Below, one piece after another: positions 56,032 to 64,000 of a stretch of 64,000 nt of DNA (within the stretch, counting starts at the first letter, position 1; every line of letters starts with the position of its first letter). The stretch lies in contig JBJTQJ010000004.1 in assembly GCA_046075565.1 (NCBI GenBank), forward strand, positions 1-64,000, in the 5' to 3' direction. The DNA comes from Verrucomicrobiales bacterium (GTDB lineage Bacteria; Verrucomicrobiota; Verrucomicrobiia; Verrucomicrobiales; SLCJ01). A model generated the notes under the pieces. It made no database searches. It was not told the origin of the DNA and saw only the letters and a list, made by a program, of their open reading frames with translations. The position numbers and the translations under genes were made by a program.

Positions 56032-57834
56032 TCAATCGCTGGTTTTAAGCACCTCGATGAATGCCTCCTGCGGGATGCTCACCCGTCCGATGGCTTTCAT
56101 CTTCTTTTTACCCTCTTTCTGTTTCTCGAGCAGCTTGCGTTTACGGGTGATATCACCGCCGTAACATTTTGCGGTCACATTCTTGCGCATGGCGCTGATA
56201 CTCTCGCGGGCGATGATTTTCCCGCCCACCATGGCCTGGATGGCCACCACGAAAAGCTGCCGGGGGATGACATCCTTGAGTTTGGCGGCTAGGCGGCGCC
56301 CGTAGCTCTCGGCCTTGTCCCGGTGCACAATGGTCGAGAAGGCATCCACCGGTTCGCCCGCGATCATCATGTCCATGCGCACGAGCTTGGCCGGTTGGTA
56401 GCCGCAATGTTCGTAGTCCATCGAGCCGTATCCGCGGGTGATGCTCTTGAGGCGATCGTTGAAATCCACGAGGATTTCGTTTAGCGGCAACACGCAGGTG
56501 AGCATGACCCGGGTTTCGTCGAGCGTCTCGGTATGATCAACCATGCCGCGCTTCTCCATCACGAGCTGGAGGATGTCGCCCATGTTGACATTCGGCAGCA
56601 TGATGAAGGCCTTCACGAGCGGTTCGCGGATTTCCGCCACTTCCTGTGGTTCGGGAAGGTGGAGGGGGTTGTCCACGATCAAGTCTTCGCCGCTGGTTTT
56701 GGTCACTTCATAGACGACACCCGGATAGGTGGAAATGACATCCATGTCGAATTCGCGGCGCAGGCGCTCGAGCACGATTTCCATGTGCAGCAGGCCGAGG
56801 AAACCACAACGGAATCCGAATCCGAGGGCAGCCGAGCTTTCCGCCATGTAAGTCAGGGCGGCGTCGTTGATTTGCAGTTTCGCGATGGCATTCTTGAGCG
56901 ACTCGAAGTCATCGGTGCTCACGGGATAGATGCCCGCAAAGACCATGGGGTGGATTTCCTTGAAGCCGGGCAGCGGTTCTTTCACCGGTTGGCGGCTTTC
57001 CGTGATGGTGTCGCCGATTTTGACTTCGGCCGTGCTCTTCACATTCGCAATGATGTATCCGACATCCCCGGCAATGAGCTTCTGACGCGGCGTCTGGCGA
57101 GGCGTGAAGACCCCGACTTCCTTGACCTCGTAATCATTGCCGGTGGCGAGCATGCGAATGCGCTGGCCTTTTTCCATGGTGCCGGAAAAAACACGAACGT
57201 AGGAAACCACGCCGCGGTAGGAATCGAAGACGGAATCGAAAACCGAGGCGCGCAGATATTGATCGTCGAAGGCTTTTGGCGCAGGCACGCGTTCGATGAT
57301 GGCCTCGAGAATATCTTCGATGCCCAGTCCTGCTTTTGCGGAGGCCAGTAGCGCTTCCTCCGCGGGGATGGCGAGGATTTCCTCGAGCTGATGTTTGCAC
57401 TTCGGGATATCCGCACTCGGGAGGTCGATCTTGTTGATGACGGGAATGATGGTCAGGTTCTGACCCATGGCCAGGTGCACGTTGGCCACGGTCTGGGCTT
57501 CCACGCCCTGGGCGGCATCGATGAGCACCAAGGCTCCCTCACAGGCGGCGAGGCTGCGGGAAACCTCGTAACTGAAATCCACGTGTCCGGGAGTGTCGAG
57601 CAGGTTGAGTTGGTAGGTTTTCCCGTCTCGCACGGAGGTGTAGCTCATCGAGACCGGGTGGGCCTTGATGGTGATCCCCCTTTCCCGTTCCAAATCCATC
57701 GAATCGAGCAATTGATCCTGCTTCTCGCGCTCCGAGATCGTTCGCGTCATCTCCAGCAAACGGTCCGAAAGTGTCGTCTTGCCGTGGTCAATATGGGCGA
57801 TGATAGAGAAATTCCGGGTCAGTTCCTGGGACAT
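56032..57834 (-). CDS. lepA: Elongation factor 4 (mirror copy)
   Basis: Identical translation to 24675-26477. Confidence 0.96.
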   Translation of the reverse strand: MSQELTRNFSIIAHIDHGKTTLSDRLLEMTRTISEREKQDQLLDSMDLERERGITIKAHPVSMSYTSVRDGKTYQLNLLDTPGHVDFSYEVSRSLAACEGALVLIDAAQGVEAQTVANVHLAMGQNLTIIPVINKIDLPSADIPKCKHQLEEILAIPAEEALLASAKAGLGIEDILEAIIERVPAPKAFDDQYLRASVFDSVFDSYRGVVSYVRVFSGTMEKGQRIRMLATGNDYEVKEVGVFTPRQTPRQKLIAGDVGYIIANVKSTAEVKIGDTITESRQPVKEPLPGFKEIHPMVFAGIYPVSTDDFESLKNAIAKLQINDAALTYMAESSAALGFGFRCGFLGLLHMEIVLERLRREFDMDVISTYPGVVYEVTKTSGEDLIVDNPLHLPEPQEVAEIREPLVKAFIMLPNVNMGDILQLVMEKRGMVDHTETLDETRVMLTCVLPLNEILVDFNDRLKSITRGYGSMDYEHCGYQPAKLVRMDMMIAGEPVDAFSTIVHRDKAESYGRRLAAKLKDVIPRQLFVVAIQAMVGGKIIARESISAMRKNVTAKCYGGDITRKRKLLEKQKEGKKKMKAIGRVSIPQEAFIEVLKTSD

Positions 57835-58066
57835 GCGCGCGGGGTGGGGGAGTGGGTGGCCGTGATGAGAGATTTCAGCCGAAATGCAAACCTTACCCGG
57901 ATTTGGCCCCCGTGCCAGTGCGGATTTGGGCGGAGCGCCGTGGCGGCCATTTTCGAAGTGTTGCCTGGGCCTGGCGCCTGTCGAGGGTCATTGAGTCATT
58001 TTCCCGGCGACTTGGATGAAATAGATCCTGTGAAATTGCCAACACCGCCCAAACGTTCTTTCACGC

Positions 58067-59269
58067 ATGAGCCCGCCCACCCGCCGCCAATTCATCACGA
58101 CCGCCAGCGCCGCCACCCTGGGGGCAATTTCCCATGCCCAGAATGGAGCAGCGGCTCCGCCCCTGCGCTTGGGATTGGTTGGTTGCGGCGGCCGGGGCAC
58201 CATGATCGCCGACATGGCCAAGGCCTCGGGATTGTTCACGATTGTCGGCGCGGCGGACTACTTTCAGGATCGGGTGGCGGGGTTTGCCGCCAGGTATGGA
58301 TTGCCGGAAGCGCGGTGCTTCACCGGACTCGATGGCTACCGTCGTTTGTTCGAAGCCGGTGGACTCGACGCCGTGGCCATCGAAAGCCCGCCATTTTTCC
58401 ATCCACTCCAGACTTTGACGGCCATCAAGGCCGGGCTGCACGTCTACCTGGCCAAACCGGTCGCTGTCGATGAAGCTGGGTGCCGGATCATCGAGGAAGC
58501 CGCCAAACTCGCGGCAGAGAAGAAAAGGGTCATCCTCGTCGATTTCCAAACCCGCGCCGTTGAGCCATTTCAGAAGGCGATTGCCAAAGTCCGCGAGGGT
58601 GTGCTCGGGGACTTCAGTCACGGGCAGGCCATCTATGAATCAGGCAGGCTTAATCCCCATGAGGGCGGCGAAACACCCGCCGAGAAGCGCTTGCGCAATT
58701 GGGTCTTCGATATCGCACTTTCCGGTGATATCATCACGGAACAAAATGTCCACACGCTGGATGTGATGGGTTGGATCATGGGCCAGGCACCGGTTTCCGC
58801 CACCGGTATCTGCAGTCGCAAAGGCCGCACGGATATCGGCGATTGCCACGACCACTTCAGCGTCCTCTTCAATTTTCCCGGCCAAGTGCCGATTCATTTC
58901 CACTCGCGTCAATATGGTGGATGGGGAGACCCCGGCGGCATCACCAACCGCGTCTTTGGGTCCAAAGGCATGATCTCTACCGAATACGGAGGCAAAGTCC
59001 GTCTGCGCGGCGAAGAAGGCGTGAACATGAATGCCGGAGACACGCCTGCTATTTACCGCGATGGCCCGAATCTCAATCTCGCCGAATTCAGCCGGGCCAT
59101 CCATGCCGGCGACGCGAGCAATCCGACCGTTGCACCGAGTGTAATGAGCAACCGCATTACCCAGCTCGGACGCCTCGCCGCCTTCCGTCCCGGGGAAATC
59201 GTGAAATGGGAAGACGCGCTCGCCGATACCCAACCGATCGATGGCAAACTGGCCGGGTTGAAAGTGTGA
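58067..59269 (+). CDS. Gfo/Idh/MocA oxidoreductase (mirror copy)
   Basis: Identical translation to 23240-24442. Confidence 0.9.
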   Translation: MSPPTRRQFITTASAATLGAISHAQNGAAAPPLRLGLVGCGGRGTMIADMAKASGLFTIVGAADYFQDRVAGFAARYGLPEARCFTGLDGYRRLFEAGGLDAVAIESPPFFHPLQTLTAIKAGLHVYLAKPVAVDEAGCRIIEEAAKLAAEKKRVILVDFQTRAVEPFQKAIAKVREGVLGDFSHGQAIYESGRLNPHEGGETPAEKRLRNWVFDIALSGDIITEQNVHTLDVMGWIMGQAPVSATGICSRKGRTDIGDCHDHFSVLFNFPGQVPIHFHSRQYGGWGDPGGITNRVFGSKGMISTEYGGKVRLRGEEGVNMNAGDTPAIYRDGPNLNLAEFSRAIHAGDASNPTVAPSVMSNRITQLGRLAAFRPGEIVKWEDALADTQPIDGKLAGLKV

Positions 59270-59293
59270 TTCGGTGTGGGCCGACGACGGCCA

Positions 59294-60046
59294 TCAATCG
59301 CTTTGCATCCATTCCCGCATGTCTTTGGGCAGCGGGCATTCCCATCTGTCTCCATCGATGATGATGGCGGCGCTGTGTAAGGCATGCCGGTCCAGGAGCA
59401 ATCGTTCGGCCAGAGCCGGTGTCCAGCCTGTCTCGAGAAACTCGAGATAATCGGCTCCATCATTCGTGTAAATCTTGTCACCGACCAACGGGTGTCCTGC
59501 ATGGGCCAGGTGAACGCGGATTTGATGCATACGCCCGGTCTCCGGGAAAGCCCGCGCCAAACAGAAGGGCGAGCCCTCGCGCGACCAGCGTTTCTCCACC
59601 TTCACCACCGTGCGGCAAGGCCGCCCTTGCGCATGCGCCAATTGTTTCACATAGACAGCACTGGTGTCTACTTCGCCAGCTCGCAGAATGGGAACATCGA
59701 CGGTGAATTCATCTTCTTCCGGCCAACCGCGCGCGATGGCCAGATATTCCTTGTGGATTTCCCGCCGCATCATGGCGCGACCGAGCCTCCGCGCGGCCAC
59801 CGCCGACTTCGCCACAACAGTCACTCCGCTGGTCTCCCGATCGAGGCGGTTCACAATCGATATCTGTCCGCCGGTGGCGAGTTCGTAAGCGAGCAGGGCG
59901 CGCAGGCCGTGCCATAGCGTGGGCGGCCCATCCGGCTTGCTCGGATGAACGAGCAAGTGGGCCGGCTTGTCCACGATCAGGAGTTCGGCATCCTCATACA
60001 GGATGTCGAACTCGATCGGCATCTCATCCATCTTGCGTCCGTTCAT
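59294..60046 (-). CDS. RluA family pseudouridine synthase (mirror copy)
   Basis: Identical translation to 22463-23215. Confidence 0.9.
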   Translation of the reverse strand: MNGRKMDEMPIEFDILYEDAELLIVDKPAHLLVHPSKPDGPPTLWHGLRALLAYELATGGQISIVNRLDRETSGVTVVAKSAVAARRLGRAMMRREIHKEYLAIARGWPEEDEFTVDVPILRAGEVDTSAVYVKQLAHAQGRPCRTVVKVEKRWSREGSPFCLARAFPETGRMHQIRVHLAHAGHPLVGDKIYTNDGADYLEFLETGWTPALAERLLLDRHALHSAAIIIDGDRWECPLPKDMREWMQSD

Positions 60047-60139
60047 TTGAAGCATCCCCACCATGCGCCCGGGCACTGCCTGCGGCAAGCTCTGGAGCAA
60101 CCGGCGAATTCCATCCACCCGCAATCTTCTACCAGCGTA

Positions 60140-60877
60140 ATGATACAGACCATGATACTTCCTGATACCGCCCTTGTGGAAGCAACCGACCTCTCCCGGT
60201 ACTATTCCGGAGGCCCCGAGCGCTCGGTCTCCGCCTTGGACAAGGTGTCTTTCCGCATCAAACAGGGGGAATTCGTGGCTATCACCGGGCCGAGCGGCTG
60301 TGGGAAAAGCACCTTGCTCAATCTGCTTGCCGCGCTGGATACCCCGGATTCCGGCCAATTACGGGTCGGAAAAACGGATTTGACCTCCGCGAGCGAAGCG
60401 GAAAGGACCCGTTACCGGCGCAGCGAGGTCGGCATCGTATTCCAATTCTTCAACCTCCTGCCCGGGCTCAGCCTGGAGGAGAATGTCGCGCTACCTCTGC
60501 GCCTGCAAGGCATCGGTTACATGGAGAGGCGGGAAAAAGCCCGGCTGCTCCTTGATTTTGTCGGTCTGGACGGTCGACGGGGGCATTTTCCCCACCAGTT
60601 GAGCGGTGGAGAAATGCAGCGCGCAGCCGTTGCGCGGGCCCTCATTCACCAGCCGGGGCTCATCATCGCCGATGAACCCACGGGAAACCTTGATTCGGCG
60701 GCGACGGAACGTGTGCTGGAGCTGTTCCGGAAGGTGCATCAGGATCAAAAATCCACCCTCGTGCTCGTGACCCACAGCGAGAGTGTTGCTGCAACCGCTG
60801 ACCGTCGACTCGTGATGATGGATGGAAAAATGCGCGAGGAAAAGGCGGTCGACGGAGTGGTGTATCCCGCTTGTTAG
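60140..60877 (+). CDS. ABC ATP-binding protein (mirror copy)
   Basis: Identical translation to 21632-22369. Confidence 0.9.
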   Translation: MIQTMILPDTALVEATDLSRYYSGGPERSVSALDKVSFRIKQGEFVAITGPSGCGKSTLLNLLAALDTPDSGQLRVGKTDLTSASEAERTRYRRSEVGIVFQFFNLLPGLSLEENVALPLRLQGIGYMERREKARLLLDFVGLDGRRGHFPHQLSGGEMQRAAVARALIHQPGLIIADEPTGNLDSAATERVLELFRKVHQDQKSTLVLVTHSESVAATADRRLVMMDGKMREEKAVDGVVYPAC

Positions 60878-61340
60878 GCCAATAAATACAAGGAACAAAG
60901 CCGCTCCGGCACCTGAGACCTGCCGACATTCAACCGCCATGCCCTCATCCCGCAGTGACAAAATTCCAGGCCCGCGGGCCGCGGGGGAAAGTTCTTTTAG
61001 CGGCTTTCGGTGGGGGGTGAAAAGAAAAAAATGCGGTTCGGTGCTTTTTTTTGCAAAAAAGCCTTGCACGCTTTTACTGGCCGTGTAGAGTAACCTTCAC
61101 CGGCCGAAACGAGCCGGACGCGAGCAAGACGGAAAGCCGGCTGCCCTAAAAGACAGCCGGATTTTTAGTCCCCGCGAATTAGGATCTTTGACAAGCAGGA
61201 CTCGCGCCACAAAGCGCGGGTTGGAAAAGAAAAGTTGGAAAGTGCGTCGCGCGCTGGAAAGCGCGCGAGGTCCATGGCCGACCGTCACAGGCGGTTATGG
61301 ATCGGTAACATTTTCGGCTTAATGCCGAAACCGTTATCAT

Positions 61341-62904
<1,564 letters not shown>

Positions 62905-63129
62905 TGGAGTCATGTTGCCGGTCGTCTCACAGCGATCATATCGGCAACAAGGTCTAGGAACCACCGGTCGGCGCAAGCCGATCGAAAACGGAACCGCTTC
63001 GGCGGAACCGGGGTTCGTCCGAGCCGCGAGGCCGGACCACTCACAACTATAAACACATTCGCGCGCGATTCCGCGCGGCGCACTTTTCAGCTTTTCTTTT
63101 CCTGAGACATCAAAGCATTCCCGGAATGA

Positions 63130-63205
63130 GGGGGTATAGCTCAGTTGGTAGAGCGTCTGTTTTGCACGCAGAAGGTCACCGGTTCGAATCCGGTTGCCTC
63201 CACCA
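63130..63205 (+). tRNA. tRNA-Ala(TGC) (mirror copy)
   Basis: Cloverleaf, TGC anticodon, encoded CCA. Confidence 0.97.
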
Positions 63206-63252
63206 CCATCTGTAGAATTTCAAATCCCGTATTTGAAGTTTGAATTCCAAAA

Positions 63253-63329
63253 GGGCCTGTAGCTCAGTTGGTTAGAGCACGCGCTTGATAAGCGCGGGGT
63301 CACTGGTTCAAGTCCAGTCTGGCCCACCA
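63253..63329 (+). tRNA. tRNA-Ile(GAT) (mirror copy)
   Basis: Cloverleaf, GAT anticodon, encoded CCA. Confidence 0.97.
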
Positions 63330-63512
63330 TTCTTTTCAGGAAGCTTCCGTCTCCCAAGCAAGTCGAATCCAATGGTCTTTGACATCTGCACACAGGGTAG
63401 AAAAATTGCAGTTTCATGCGAGAAAATCTGCTCTGCGATCTTAGTGAATACGGCGAAAATTTGTAATGACGCTTGCCGGCCCTCCGGGGCCGGAACAAAC
63501 TCATTTTAACAT

Positions 63513-64000
63513 GAGAACAAGCTTTTAAGGGCACACAGTGAATGCCTTGGTGCCAACAGGCGATGAAGGACGTGCGCAAGCTGCGATAAGCCCCGGTTAG
63601 CCGCTAAGAGGCTGTGACCCGGGGATCTCCGAATGGGGTAACCTGATGCCGGAACCGGCATCGTCTCTTCCTGAATCCATAGGGAAGAGGTCGCGACACC
63701 TGGTGAAGTGAAACATCTCAGTAACCAGTGGAAGAGAAAACAAACGTGATTCCGCAAGTAGTGGCGAGCGAACGCGGAACAGCCCAAACCGGTGGCATTG
63801 CCACCGGGGTTGTAGGAGCCCGTCGTGGGACCGGAACGATTAGGTCAAGTGTCTGGAAAGACACGCCAGAGAGGGTGATAGCCCCGTAATCGAAAATCCG
63901 AACGGCCCTAGGGAATTCCTGAGTAGCGCGGCACACGTGAAACGCCGCGTGAATCCGGGGGGACCACCCCCCAAGGCTAAATACTCGTTGGCAACCGATA
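63513..64000 (+). rRNA. rrl: 23S rRNA 5' part (mirror copy, runs off the window)
   Basis: AAGGGCACACAGTGAATGCCTTGG...GAAACATCTCAGTAACC. Confidence 0.95.

Overview
GC-rich bacterial chromosomal DNA, most likely Verrucomicrobiota (16S signatures GGCGTGGATAAGACATGCAAGTC and ACACCTACGGGTGGCAGCAG; Ala-Ile tRNA order in the ITS). The dominant structure is a spacer-less giant palindrome centred at 41254/41255 inside a GH2 gene: everything from 41255 to 64000 is the reverse complement of 18509-41254, so unique content is about 41 kb. Unique genes: a CoA-disulfide/persulfide reductase-rhodanese-TusA-DsrE fusion (two in-frame stops), MmcQ/YjbR, purC-PurS-like-purL, DCC oxidoreductase (apparent ATA start), ROK kinase, sulfatase, two Gfo/Idh/MocA (one with an in-frame TAG), a secreted Cys-pair/KKK/EGE repeat polyprotein, two GT-C-type membrane proteins, a full rrn operon, ABC ATPase, RluA, lepA-lepB, BT1-like MFS, a GH106-like gene (two in-frame TAGs), circularly permuted ATP-grasp plus alpha-E, icd and a 5'-truncated GH2. 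Best leads: (1) the modular metallothionein-like/RiPP-like secreted polyprotein at 12980-13639; (2) the palindrome, probably a fold-back artefact seeded by a native inverted repeat; (3) a patterned set of mostly CA>TA/TG>TA lesions in frameshift-free genes; (4) an oriC/datA-like cluster (DnaA boxes, IHF site, parS-like site) upstream of icd; (5) GTAG-REP doublets with compensatory stem changes. All family calls come from motif recognition by eye, not database searches.
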